Source: the human T2T-CHM13v2.0 reference genome, Homo sapiens. Taken from it: 64,000 bases of DNA. The translations under genes were made by a program, and so were the position numbers. Each line of letters starts with the position of its first letter. The first letter of the stretch is position 1. Below are positions 26,995 to 40,969 of the stretch, in pieces. The DNA is taken from the NCBI RefSeq assembly GCF_009914755.1, contig NC_060941.1. One strand, 5' to 3'. The notes under the pieces are model-generated. The model ran no database searches, was not told the origin of the DNA, and saw nothing but the letters and a program-made list of their open reading frames with translations.

Positions 26995-27399
26995 AGGCTT
27001 GTGTTTACCCCAATGGGCTGTCTTTGCCCGTGACCATCACCCACTGATGAACACAGGCTCTACATAACCAGGAATTGTAGCAAATGACCACATCTAACAT
27101 TGATTGTTCCTCTTTGCTTTTTAATTATCCATCTAATCTAATTTTAGAATTAGACTGAGTTAATAAAACAGAATCAGCAGATGCTAAAGGAAAGTTCATC
27201 TCCCATCCCCCCGAGTCAGTTAACTGTTCTCAGGGAGGGATGGGGAGAAGGGAAGTGATTGGAAGCTAACCACAGATCAAATGCAGGGAAGGAGAGGATG
27301 GACAGTGATAATTTAGGAGCAGTTGCATGTAAGAAGACTTAGGTATTCACCCTGGGGGGCTGTTACCAAATATGCTTGTCAAATGTACTGGTATCCTAA

Positions 27400-27640
27400 A
27401 GGAATAGTGACTTTAAGAAGCAGAGGCCTGTGATTGTCCTATTTCTGAATTTGTTCCTGATTATTTAAGTGACATTGGGCAAATCATTTTACCTCTCATT
27501 GTTTTCATGTCTTCTCTTAAAAAATACTGTGAATTTTATGAAACTTGCTCTGAACTGTCTCCAAGGGAAGGTGTGTGGATAAAATAAACTGCGAGTTGTG
27601 AAAACGCTGCAGAAAATGTCATTTAAAGTGCTATGCAAAT
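27400..27640 (+). mobile_element. MIR remnant
   Basis: gtgacattgggcaaatcattttacctctc. Confidence 0.5.
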
Positions 27641-29373
27641 ACAGTGATGCAGAGTGTGAATGTAGATGGAGGGCACTGCCTTCATTTCTTCTGGGTTGAA
27701 TCATTTTTGGTCAAAACACCTGACTGTACTTCTTCGGTGACCCTACAGTCTGTCCATGACTTGACTTGAGTCTTGGAGCTTTCTAGTATCCTTGAGGTTA
27801 GCACAGCATCTCTTTTCGCTTGAAGCTTCTGGCTAGGGTAAATTCATCAGCAACTCCCTTGAAACTAGAGCTTGGTGCTCACTGTGTAAAATTTTTTTTA
27901 TCAAACCATCTAGGACAGAACATATGCACCATGGGGATACAATATATAGTGCTTTTCTTTCCTGAAGAAGAATTGTAGTTTTCAAAAGAAATGCCTTCAG
28001 ATTCCCTCTCTTCACTTCCTCCAGCCTGGTGCTCTCTGTTGTACTATTAGAATCAGCTAATCAGACAAAACATTTGATGAGCTGTACCTCCTTTCTTCCA
28101 CTTGTTTATTATTCTTATAATCCTCCCAACAAGGTCAGCTTAACCTTGATCTATTTGAACCAAAGATTTTGTGCTTATATTTACTGACTCCCAATTACCT
28201 ATTGAAACAAACACTTTGGACATGTGGCTTGATTCCTACTATTTCCCAGTTGCAGAAAATCCTACATTGTTGCACTTTGATTCTGAAGTGTATTCATGGA
28301 TTTTTCTCTATTCAGTACTTTGTACTGATATTCAGTGTAGGATAATGCAACAAGAAGTGTTTATTCCCAAACTACACACCAGTGGTACTGTAGGGTGGAT
28401 TCTTGCAACCTGAATTTTAAATGTCCCAGATTGTTGACAAGCACTAGATTACAGATTTTTCAAATTTATAATGGCTTATTGAGATCCTAGGTGAAACATA
28501 TCCTAAACTGCTGACTAATGAAAGGCTCACTAACTTGAAAAACAGAAAAATAGAAAAAGGCATGAAAAGTAAAACATGTACTTGCCTGATTGAGAAGCCA
28601 TGAGTCTGTGCACAGAAGGACCTACCATCAAACCAGGATTTTCACGAGAAATAATTTTCAGATATGCTTCAGCACTTGGCTGAAACTGTAGTTTTATGGA
28701 TTCTTTTTGCATCTGTCTTGAAACTGTGGTTGAAGTCACTGTGTGTTGTCATTCAAAATCTCCTACAAAATACTCCAAAGAAACATATCATAGACCAAGG
28801 CTAGAATAGTTTTAGCAAGGAATTTAGCAGGAAATGGCAGTCACCCCCTATGACCTGTCATTTCATTAGTTACATATACACAATGCTAAGGTATTGAATA
28901 TGAGCTATTAATTCACTTTTATCCAATTCTCTTTCCAACTTTTTGGAAAAAATTCCCTTGTTCTGCTGCACTCTGTACCATTCATTAACTGTGACCACAA
29001 AAATCCTGAGTGGAGCAAAGAATTCATGACAATGAGGCAGCCATAAAAATACATGCCTGGGCAATGAATGACTGTACATACAAGGTATCCTCAGAGTATG
29101 TAATAATAGTAAGGGCCAGAATGCCTCTTAAGACAACAGGCTGGCAGAAACTCAACCATAGCTTAAACAATGATATTACATCAAAAGAGAAATATGTGTC
29201 AAATAAGGAGGTAGAGGTTGTGATCAACTGCAAAAATACTATTGTTGAAGCTTCTATGCATCCATGACTTTTGCAGTATAACTTTAGAACTCCTCTTCAA
29301 GGTAGGAGTCCTTGAATATAAACTAAACTTTTCATCCCCTTTGGCTGATAAAATGCAATAGAATTCATGGTGT

Positions 29374-29683
29374 TGTTAAAAGATAAATGGAGATACATTA
29401 AAATTTTAAGGAGTATATTTCAGCAGGTAACATATTGTGAATTAGGCAGACCAAAGAGAGTTTTGGGGCTCTGCCAAAGGGCATAAGGGGAAGCTTTTAT
29501 AGGGTCAACTCAGAAGCAAGGCAAAGAAAATATTTGCATGGTTAAAGTGGAGCAGTAGCTTTATTTGGATCATTCCAGGGCAAAGTCCCTAGTTAGAGAC
29601 TGGTTGGCAGTTTCTTATTGGTTAAGCTTAAGTTTTGTTTTTCTATTTACACTGAGTTGGGTTTTGGCTGACTTACATAGGGA
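29374..29683 (-). mobile_element. ERV1 LTR fragment (MER67/MER90-like)
   Basis: tgttaaaagataaa...attaaaattttaaggag...gaattaggcag...attggttaagcttaagttttg. Confidence 0.55.
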
Positions 29684-30639
29684 ACACTGTGTCTTGAGTC
29701 TTAGGAGAGTTTGTTACGCAGCAATAGATAGTGAGACAGAGGTCATAATCTTAAAAAAACGACTTAAGAGAGATTAATATTATTGATATGAATATAACCT
29801 TGTCCAAAAATGAAATCTGGAATATAAAAACAGTCTAGTTACTTGGGCTTTCCCAGAGTTTAAGTGAGGCACCCCTGAATTCTGACTCCTCGCCAGACTG
29901 GCAATGTGAGCATTTCATGTTCCAAGAAGTTAAGATCCTATTGTTAATTTACATTTGTATTTTGGATTTCTATCCTTCAACCTAATGTGAATTTGTCTGA
30001 TCATCTCAGACAGGCTGTGATGCAAATGTGAAGTTTCCCTTCACACTGAAACTTGCCTAAGAGGACATCCCTGTCTAGCATCAACATTCTCCTTGGTACC
30101 AAGCACAGGGTTCTACTAATCAATACAGACTCATCAAATGTTAGAGATATTCTGCAATGGAAATGCTTTACTTTTTAAAGTAATGGTGTGCCCATATGTC
30201 AATAGCAATGGGTATTACACCAGAAATATTTGTCCTGTGGATATTAGCTCAATACATAGAAGAACATTTAGTCTTTTAGTTCAGTATAGTGAGAAAATAC
30301 AGGGCTCAATTCACTTTAACACAAATATAAATTTTGAAATAGGGAAGAGAGTTTAAACTGTGTCTTTGTAGAGTATTAAAATGCCATCTTCTATTGATGG
30401 ATCATTTCTAGTTTTGGCAGTTATTAGAGTACAGATTTTGAAGAAATGGTAATAAATATTACTAGTTGGTAATAAACAGCACATGCTAAGTTCTTTGGTT
30501 TCTATGTATGAAATCAAAGACTGATGAAAGTCAAAGAAAACTATAGTCTCATGTGGCTTTGGATAGATTTGTCCATAAAGTAAAAAAGAGAATAGTAGTT
30601 TTCAGTATCACTGTGGTTATGCCTAGAAATCTTCACTAC

Positions 30640-30830
30640 ACGAAATGATGAGGTTTACATGAGCAGCTGGGGAGGAATTCCCAAATGAGTGACATTCACG
30701 TTGGTTACTGAAGTATGAATAGGAGTCTGACAGGTCCAGAAAAGAGGGAGGAGTCTCAGGAAGAGGTATCAGCATATGCCAAGAACAGAAACATACAAGA
30801 TAATGCTTAATTGAACCAAAAGCTACAGTA
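30640..30830 (-). mobile_element. L2 fragment
   Basis: tgaagtatgaataggagt...caggaagaggtatcagcatatgccaag. Confidence 0.55.
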
Positions 30831-32102
30831 TTGTGAACACAGACTACTTTGTGCATATATTTATATAAAGAAAAAATACCAGTAGGGACAAACACAGCAG
30901 GGAAGATCAATTAGAAATTTTGTGAATCAGGATTTTGTTTAAAAAGAAAAATTAGATTACTTTAATGAAGCAAATAGACATATTAACTTTATCAGTCAGG
31001 GGCTCCAACTTCTGTGTACGGCTTTGGACAGAGCCCCCAAGCGCCCTGGGTATGGTAAATAACTAGGAGTATGAACCAAAGCACTCATTGCCAGGTATTA
31101 CTTTTCACTCTCTTTAAGGAATCAGATATATTATTAGATCAGAGGGTGCTGACGCTTTATTATTAGTATTTAATGGTGTGACTTACGGGAATTTAATTCC
31201 CTCACTTTGAGTGACCATATATTATTATTCTACTTGTGATTGGGCATTCACAATCTGACCTTATTAGCTGCAAACAGATGCCAGACTCAGCTCAGTTGTG
31301 CTTCCCTGGGGAATGGCAAACAGCCCATTACAGGCCCTGCCTTACAATGGTTGAACACATGGAATCAGGCAATAGGTCTCCAGTCAGGGAAAGCCAGAAA
31401 ATAGAAAGCAAACTGTTTTTCTTACTTCTCATTAAACTTCTTACTTCACACTGTCGTAAGCCTGAGTCAGACTCAGCTCTTGGTCAGGGGCCTATAATTG
31501 GCTTATTGTAATTGGCTCCCTGTTTTGCCTGCCCTAGCTGTAGACTGAAAATGACCTGAAATGCTGGCAGAGTCTTCTGGGTTTTGACATTTCCTGTGTG
31601 GGATCTCCATATATTATTGCCCATCAGTCAAGCAGGAAAAAAAGGTATGAAAGTATAGTAAAATCAGTTGAAATTCCATAACTGGTCATAGTCAGTTTCC
31701 TGTTTCCTAGGGGGAAGACTGGGTAGGGTAAGTCCAGGTAGTTTGAGTCATTTGGGGGCTACATTTGGGAGAAGGAGGGTACAAGTGTCATTTGACAAAA
31801 AGGGACAAAACCTTTAGGCATGTCAAAACGTAAACTTTAGCATTGAGTTGGAGAGGGAAGTCTAAAACTGTGTCAAAAGCCAATGGTGCTTGAAGAAAAA
31901 AACAAAGTGGGATGCAGAGATAGGAAAGAGAACAGAGTAATCGATGGGCTACATGAGGTAGAAGTTGTCTCAATATATAAACTGGTGACAAAGGCAGGAT
32001 CCTGACATGCAATTCTCATAAACTTCCCACATTTTTGCACACCTCAATTAATTTAAATAATAGGATAGATAGAATGTTATAAATAATAAATTAAACATTT
32101 GA

Positions 32103-32421
<319 letters not shown>

Positions 32422-32479
32422 TAACCCTATCATCTAAATATGCCTCTTAGGAAATTGCATCATAGTCTTCAAGTGGAAG

Positions 32480-32755
32480 AGGCACGTTATTTAGAGTATA
32501 TTGACTAAGAGTGCATTTTCTGGCCTCAGGAAAAAAAAAAGGTTTAAATCCTGGTGTTATCAATGATTAGCCATGGGACCTTGTTCGAGTGCTTAGTAAT
32601 TCTGAGCCTTATTTTTTTCCCATCTGTTAAGTGGGGAATAAAAATAGTATCTCCCCTATAAGTTTGTTGTATTCATTGAGATAAATTATATAAAATATTC
32701 AGCAAAGTGTCTAGCATGTTGTGAATGCTGCATATTTATTAACTGCTATTATGAT
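32480..32755 (+). mobile_element. MIR SINE
   Basis: ggtttaaatcctgg...ctgagcctt...catctgttaagtggggaataaaaatagtatct. Confidence 0.7.
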
Positions 32756-35082
32756 TTGGTGGGTGATGATGATGTTGATAAAGAAAAATTAGTATTTTCT
32801 GGAAACAAATTAGACTGAGAGAACTTGTACAGCTAAGTTAAAGCATCCAGCTATAGTTTAAAATCCTGAGATATGAATTTACCTGGTGCTAGACCTTTAA
32901 TTTCTTGTACGGCAGATTTGGTTCTCATAGCATAATTATTCTTACAAATGAGCCAGTGCTCTAGGTCTTTTTCTGTGGGTTTGAAGTCAATCAGCAAAGG
33001 CCTAAGTGGTTTGTAGTTAGAGTGTTAGTCAGAGTGTTTTCCACGGTATCTCATTAGCAGATTGTGTAACCCCAAGGCCGAGTGGAGACTGGCTCTGCTG
33101 GGCGATTGTGCCGATGCTGTGCATTTTCAGGCTCTTGTCTGTACATACAGCAGGTTGGATACACATTTCCTCTTCTTGTGCTTTAGTAGATACGTGGCCA
33201 AGTTTCAAAGACAGTTTTCTGTTCAAACATTGTCACTATTTCTTCTTAGAGAAAGAAGTTGATGTGAGGCAGATGGAGGGCAAGTAGGGAGAGACAGTGG
33301 TTCATGAATAATTCCTTGACAGCTTTGAGCATAAATGTAGGTATTTAGGAAGATGAGTATCAACTTGCAACTCTCACTTTTTGCAGACGCATTGTTCCTA
33401 AACATCCCTAATGCTGATCATAGCTCCAGGGCTAGCTCAATGCAGCTATGTTAAAAAATGAGCATTTGAACTGTTATAACATTTGCAATGTAAATTTTTT
33501 TTCTAGTTCATTTTGGTCTCAGGCTGCCTGCTAATAAGACAGGTGTATCTACTCATTTGTGTGCAAACATTTCTTTGAGGTAAACCAGGTCCTGGTGCAT
33601 TCATCAAACTTCCAAATATGGCAAAGAGATCTTTGTCTCCTTATGAGCCTCGTTCCTTGAATAATGGTCCTCTGCAACAAATTGGATCTACATTGTCTTT
33701 AGTCTTTAGCTTTCTCTCTTATTCTCCCGATACACAAACCCTCTCTTTGAACCAGACTCAGTTTCCTTTGCCTGCAGCAGGTGGATTTACTGAGACTTGA
33801 GCTACAGGTTCAGGGCTGACCCATTCCTGAATGAGTCCTGACCAGGATAAAGAGAGTGTCTGGAGCCTTATCTCTGTTTACAGGTGAGTAGAGTCCAGGT
33901 GTTGTCTTGCTTCCCCAGGTTCAGAGTCTGACTATCTGCAGAGTTAGTTGGGCTCCCACATTTCATTCAGCTGTAGCCTAACCACTACCATGTTTATTTT
34001 GTCCAGACCCCAAAAGATTTTTCTTGCCTCACATGGTTAATTAGCATAATATTGTTTGAACATCCAAGTGAATTGCCAACATTTAAAACTTGGAGTCCTC
34101 AGAAAAAAAAATATGCAGATTTACAGCTGAGATCTAGCAAGGCCCTTGCCTTCATTCTTGGCAATGAAGAATATATGAGCTTATCACCCCTGAGCAGCCC
34201 TTATAATTCATATTTAGTCCACATACTGGTTCTGGACCCCTGCTCAAAACCTCAGCCTGTTTAACTGGAGCACTGGCTACTTGCTGAGCTCTTTTAGATC
34301 CTCTCCTCCCGGGCCAGGAGAGGTTTCTATCCCCTGGACCCCCAACCGCTGTTGTAGTCTGTCTCACTCTAGAAAGATAGACTGCATTGAATAATGAGAA
34401 ACTGTAACCACCTGGGTCAGCAGATAGCTGTCTAAGCCCCCTTTAATTCTACTTTAAACACTGCTTAAGACTCTCTTGGATATCGATATTGTCCAAATAC
34501 GTAAAACTGTCTCTGCACTCTCTCATTAGATTTTTGGACAATGCCTTCAAGACTCTATCCTACAGATTGATCAATTTCCTACCCCAGTTAAGCCCATTCC
34601 TACTTTCCTTCCCTTGTTGACTAGCCCACTACTAAAATCCCAGCATGATGACCTTGCATCAGGTGAAATGATTTTAGCTTTAACCACAAACACTCAAGTA
34701 GCTTAAACAATAATCAGATTTTCTTCTCATATGAGAAGATAAACATAGATATGATAGCCTCCAGGCTTAATACTTCAGTGATCCAGCTCCACTTTCCTGA
34801 AAATTTCTTGGCTCTGATATCTGCTTGTTGGTTTCATCCTCAGGTTGGCTGAAAGATGACTGTAGCATTCCAGACAGTAAATCCATATATCCAGATCATC
34901 TGGATGAAAAAGTAGAATGCCGGCTCTCCCCATGTGTCTCTTTCACCGGCTAATAACTTTTTCACAGGTTCTTCCCTGTGGGATGTCCTTTCACATTTTC
35001 TTGGCCAGGATTGGGTTTTCTAACCCTTCCTGCACCAATCACTGGCAGGACAGGGGAATGAATAACCTTGATTGGCTTAGAA

Positions 35083-35300
35083 CAGGGAGCAGCACACTTT
35101 TTCTGTAAAGAGCACGAAAGTAAATGTTTTCAGGGTTGTGGCCCATAAGGCCTCTGTTGTAATCGCTTAATTTTGTTGTTGTAATGCAAAAGTAACCATA
35201 GACAATATGCTCATTTATGAGTGTGTCTGTGTCCAGTAAAATTTTATTTATAAAAACACACATTCAGTTTGACCCTCAGGCCATGGTTTGCTGATCTTTC
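35083..35300 (+). mobile_element. MER58A (hAT-Charlie DNA transposon)
   Basis: caggg...ttttctgtaaagagc...ccatagacaatat...gtaaaattttatttataaaaac...gtttgctga. Confidence 0.85.
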
Positions 35301-35330
35301 GCTTGCACTAATTAGGACTTGCCCATGGAG

Positions 35331-35444
35331 AGAGGGACCATATAATTTTTAGTACACATCAGGACACTTTTGAAAGTGAAAGGGAATGCTGTTATTTATA
35401 CTTAAATAATAGGCATAAATTAAAATTGTACTAGAGTCATCCTA
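35331..35444 (+). mobile_element. MER94-like (hAT-Blackjack)
   Basis: gaccatataattt...ggacacttttgaaagtgaaaggg...gtcatccta. Confidence 0.7.
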
Positions 35445-35639
35445 TGGATCATGTGAAGGAGGGATACAAACCTGAACAAAATTGAATTCTAACAGAAGAA
35501 GGAAATGGAGTATATTGCTGCCGAGATAACCAATAGTATGTGTAACAAATGGTAATAGTGAGACAGGAATCCTAAGACGTGGAAGCAGAGCACAGGCTGA
35601 GGGCAGATGGACGTGATGTGGAATGAGTATGCAGATAAC

Positions 35640-36080
35640 AGAGAGAGGCCCCTGTGCTGGACTATAGTGAATGAGGAAGAAAGCATTATGAGTTCAGAGG
35701 AGGCACTCTCCAGACCACAGAGGACCTTCAGGCCATGGTAAGAAAATTAGAATTTATTCTAAGCGCAATAGGAAGCTGCTGGTTGTTTAAGTGGAGGTGT
35801 AGCATCTGTTTTATGTTAGGAAGATGCTCTTGTTGTTGTGTGGAGAATGGATTGGAAGGTGGCAAAAGTGGAGGCAGAGAGACCAGTTAGGACACAATTA
35901 TAGCCCTGCAAGCAAGAGATGGCAGTGACTTGAAAAATTTAGCAGTGGAAATAGAGGAAAAGAAACTGATTAACGGAATGTTTTTTGAGGAATAGCAAAA
36001 GAACTTCTGGAAAGATTATGTGCGTGTGTGGGTGCGAGGGGGGCTGTTGTAGGTGGGCTGGGTAAGAGAAAGAAAGCAAT
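35640..36080 (-). mobile_element. L2 fragment
   Basis: aggccatggtaag...tttattctaagcgcaataggaagc...tgtggagaatggattgga...gagaccagttagga. Confidence 0.75.
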
Positions 36081-36094
36081 GCAGAATAATAATA

Positions 36095-36330
36095 TTTACA
36101 CAGCATTTATTATATGCCAGTCTTTTGCATATAGGAATTCATTGGGTTGATTTAACCATTCTGTATGTTAACGATCTTCATTTTTGAAATGAAGAACTGG
36201 GACAAGGAGAGGTCAAGTAACATGTCCAAAGGCACATAGCTGATAAACGACAGAGTCATGATCTGAACTTAGGCATCTGAATCTACACTTTTATTTTTTA
36301 TGCTCTTCCAACTCTTGTGGTGCTATACTG
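36095..36330 (-). mobile_element. MIR SINE
   Basis: gagaggtcaagtaacatgtccaaaggcacatagct. Confidence 0.7.
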
Positions 36331-36909
36331 TGCTGCTTCTCACAACACTCCCGTGACCCAAGGCTGTGGGCTGGAGTTGCCAGGTAGATGGAGCTGCAAT
36401 CTGCCACAGGGAGTTTCCCCTTCTTTAGAATCTATCCAGTAAATCAGAATGATGCATTTGTCAGTGTCACCGAATAATGACATTTCTTTATTCTTGTTTA
36501 TCTGTGGTTATTTGCTCACAATTTAATTTATAGTTGCTTATTTTATCACATCATTTTAAGTCTTCGCTGGTTCACTGGACTGAAAGCTGACTGAGAAAAG
36601 AAACTGTATCGTCTTCATTTTGTATCACCCATATTATGTAGCTCTATTATTTGCATGCAGTAGATACTCAGTATATATTATTTCATTTGAGTTGGAAAGC
36701 CCTGGACTACTTATTTTCTAACCATCTAATTATTTAATTTAAAACTTGTTAAAATTCTCCACAATGATTTTTAATTGGAGCCCAGGGGCAAAACAGCACT
36801 GATTTGAAAGGCTTGTCTGAATGTTAGAATGCTCTTAAGAAATGTGATTTTATTTTTTCCCGGTGTTTTACTTTTTTTAACACTCAAGTTTTTAAAGTGT
36901 TTTTAAATT

Positions 36910-37520
36910 TTAACTTTTTATTTTGAAACAATTTTTGATTTCCGTTATACATCCCAAAAATAGTCCAAGCAAGAAATTCCCTTGTACTCCTCACCAAGAC
37001 TTCCCAAAGGCTAACGTTTTACATAACCACAGTACAATTATGAAAATCAGGAAATTAACATTGATGCAGTACTGCTATTCTCATCTACAAATCTTACTAC
37101 TCTTTTGGCAATTGTCCCACTAAGGTCCTTTTTCTGGCCAGGATCAATACAGGATCATATGCTGCATTTAGTTGTCATGTCTCCTTATGTCTCCTTTAGT
37201 CTGAGATGGGTCTCTAGCCTTTCTTTATCTTTTGTCTCTAGCCTTTCTTTATCTTTCTTATCCTCGACACTTGTAAAGAGGATTTGGCCAGTTATTCGGT
37301 AGACTGCCCTTGTTTGAAGTTTGTCTAATATTTCATTATGATTATATTCAGGTTGTAGATTTTTGGTAAGAATATCACAAAAGTGGCATTGTGTCCTTCT
37401 CAGCGTGCCATTTTAGGAGGCACAAGTTGTCAATATGACTGTTACTGCTTAGGTTAATGTTGATTATTTTCCATGTAAAGGTCACTGCACACTTCCTGTG
37501 ATATTTCTACTTGTAACCAA
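36910..37520 (-). mobile_element. L1MC4/5-like 3' end
   Basis: ttttacataaccacagtacaattatgaaaatcaggaaattaacattgat...gcatttagttgtcatgtctc; 24-bp tandem duplication at 37210-37256. Confidence 0.8.
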
Positions 37521-39429
37521 TATACACTGTGGGTTTTTTTTCACTCAGGTATAATATGGAGGTTCAATGTTCTCTAATTATTGTTGCTTCTACCATCTCA
37601 TTGAATATATTAATATTTTTAGTTGATGGAATAAGCCCAAGACAGAGATATTCCTCCCTATTTTACCTAAGAGAAAAGTAAAACTTTCATTTACTTTAAA
37701 AGTTCAGCTACTTGTTCCGAACTTTGTAAGAGACCTAAATTTAAATACTGGTATGGCTGATGCCAAAGTTCCCTCTTTCTGTTATACCATGTACCCTCTT
37801 TAGTTTTGTAATATAAAAAAAAAGGCACTGTTGACAAGAAATTCTTTTTAAATTTTGAAATTTTGTATTTTTCTGTCTTTAAGCATGCCTTCAAAATTCT
37901 AATAAATCTAGAAGAAATAGTGATTTAGATGGAAGGAGGCAAATGAGTGCTTTTGCTGATTAACTTGGCATGCAGGACACATTCAGCAAACAATAAATTA
38001 AGAATGGTTTTCAGCTTTTCCACATCTGCAAGTGCTTCCCAACAGTCTGTCTTTGAAGACATCTCTGTGTTGAATAATTTTTCTACATGGCAAATAGCTA
38101 AGAAAAAAACCCACAGAATGCAGAGTCATTGTCTAACGAGTGGAAAGGCTGCTGAGTTCTCTCCAAGGGACCATGGACCTACGTACAGTGTTCCAGATTC
38201 CAGACAATTACTACTTGACAATTCACCTGTGAATTTCTGTGCTCTGTCAAGTCAATACATTCTTAATATGTTCTCCATCTGCCTGATTCCCTAGGCTTCT
38301 GTTGCCCAGGGTATTCACCTAAGTTTGAGGAAAGTTTGTGTGAAGTGATTTCCTTTACAACTGTGCAAACCTGAATGGAAACGTGATGGGCCTAACAGTT
38401 ATGGGTGTAAGAACACCTGGGGGATTTCTGAGAATTCATGTTAACTTCTCTGGGTCCCAGTTCCTTGTCCTGATAGATGGAGTAGATGACTGTTAAATCA
38501 TACTGAATATATAGGTGTCATATATATCTAGCATATATATCATATTGAGTTCACGTACAATTAAATATCTTCACATTTTCAATTATTCTTGTTAGATGCC
38601 AACCAATTAAAACATGTTTCACCTCACTTTTATTCTAGCTTGATGCTAAAATCCTGTGACAAGCCCATTCGTGATTTGTTCATATGTGTCAGTACCCAAC
38701 ACCATTTTTTTCCATGAAGCAGGCATTCAAGAGGTTTGTGAAGAATGAAAGAATGGTAAGCATTCATCTCATAACTCGGTGTCTGAGTTGTCTCATTTGA
38801 CAACTCAGGATGCTGCTTTGAAGTGGTCTTTTTGTGTTTGACCCTTCCATTAAAACTGCTTTATAGCTGTAAGGAAAATAATTATACAAACTTGGATACC
38901 TTCCGTGACTCTTCATTACCCATAGGAAATATTTTAAGTTAATTACCCTAGTATAAAAATGTTGTCTATTATCTCGGGTACCTTTCCCATTTCCTCTCAT
39001 CACTTTTCACCACAAACTCTGCATGTGAGCAACATCAAACTGATTTTCTTTCTCTCTTCCTTCTAACCTTTACTTCACACACTCGAGGAGTGCCCTGTAA
39101 CTTGGGAGTAGAGGTCTTCTTTGATGCCCATTGCTGCTTCTAAAATGTACATTTTGTCGACTTTGTAACTCACCCAAGTGTGTATTAATGTCAGTTTCTA
39201 CAGTCTGCTATCTTTTCTGGTTGCTATAAAGGGATTGCCAATTACTTGCTCTCATGTGTTGTTAATGGGCATCTGACTCACTGTTTTTACTTTTTGCTTT
39301 TTAAAATTCCTGCTACTGTGACCATCCTTGGTCATAGTATAGAACAAGATACTTTTTAAAAGTATGTTACCAACAACTAGTGGGGAAAGAAATGATTAAC
39401 AGTAAAATATTAGTATTTCATCAACCACA

Positions 39430-40700
39430 AGGATGATGCATCAACCTTGTCCTCTCAGGTCTTTAACAGCCTGTCTTTCAATATTTTCCTTCACCCTATC
39501 TCATCTGTCTTCATCAATGACTACTTACTTGAATTTTCATCACTGTTTCTGAACGACCCCTGAGCTCTTGACCTCAGGCATCTAATTCTCTCATCAAAAA
39601 TTGTATCCTTTCAGCTATTTATTTCATTACTACTAATGGGATCAATTCTTAAATATCATGGAGTTGTTTCTTCCATGGGCCCTGTTATTTTCTCAGTATT
39701 AACCATTTTCTTCTTTCCTTACTCATGATATATTTTACGGTGCATCATTACATACTCCTACAGCCACCTTTCTTTCTCTCTATATCTTTTTCTCTTTTGT
39801 TGCACTTGCCTGGGAAAATTCCAAACCCGGTGAAATCCAACTTTCCACTTAGTCTGTGTGAGAACCTAAGCAGCAACTTAATGTTTGCTAGACAAACACA
39901 TACACGTACATACCAGGGGTTGATTGTGTGCCCACCACCCTTTTGAAAACATACTTTTCAAGGTCAATAATGTTCTTGCCAAATTGATGCTCAATTTTCT
40001 GGCCCTTCTTACCAGTTATCTCAGAAGCCTCTGACTGAGCTTATGGCTCCTTCCTCTGAAAATGCTGCTGGTATTGCGTTCATTATTTTTCACTCTTGTT
40101 TTTCCTCCTGTTTCACAGGATGCTTCTTCTCCGACTCTTTGGCAGGTTGCTTTCCTATCCTTTAGCTTCTTGAAGCTTCTCAGGGTGCCGTCCTAATTCC
40201 TCTCCTCCAGTCCCATGATACTCACTCTCTTGGTGACATCATCCAGGCTCATATTTTTAAATATAATTTATTCTGAAAAATTATAAAATTATATCTATAG
40301 TTCTGGCATCTCCTCTGAGCTCCAGGTTCCTATATCAGACCGACTACTTGCCATTTCCACCAGGTTGCCTAATAGACATCTCATACTTAATATACCCAAA
40401 TAAAACACTGGAATTCTTCCCTCACAGCCCCCAAAACTCTACCTTTCCAGTATTCCCCATTGTATTAAATGACACCACCATTCGCTGTATTACTTAGGCC
40501 CTAAACCTCTGCTTAAATGTACATACTTCAAGAGATCTTTCCTGACTACCAAATTTGGATATTTAGACACCTTTATTTCAAGGTGACTAGGATATTGATG
40601 TCATGGGTAGAAGAACTTTGTTTATCTTGCCCAGTGCTTAACAAACTGCCGGCCATACAGTAGGATTGCAATAGTGTTGGGAAATGAATGGTTAATGAAT
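39430..40700 (+). mobile_element. L2, long fragment
   Basis: aaggtcaataat...ctcactctcttggtgacatcatccagg...tctcctctgagctccagg...gccatacagtagg...gaatgaatg. Confidence 0.75.
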
Positions 40701-40969
40701 AACCATGCATTTGGCAAAATGAAATTCAATAAATATTTCTTATAAATCTTAGATGGAAGATTTTTTATTTTAGCAGGTTAGCTCTGAACATAATGTCCTG
40801 AACAAATATATATATTAGTTGTAAATCATTTAAAAATGCATATGTATTTAATGTAACATATGAAACTTGCTTATTCTCTTCGATAAATATATAGCATTGA
40901 TACTTTCCTAAGATGCAATGAATTGTATTATCTTAAGGTAATAAAAAAATACAGTGTTACCACAACTAA

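Larger units (their letters stand above)
34655..35547 (-). mobile_element. MLT1L-like MaLR LTR hosting two DNA transposons
   Basis: ttggccaggattggg...ccaatcactggc...gattggcttag | ctgaacaaaattg...aaccaatagtatgtgtaaca. Confidence 0.7.

Noticed and set aside
28530-28770. Minus-strand exon-like segment with a GC donor (tcag|gcaagt) and acceptor tattttgtag
   Set aside because: Stops in all three frames just after the acceptor and a non-canonical donor; no support as a coding exon.
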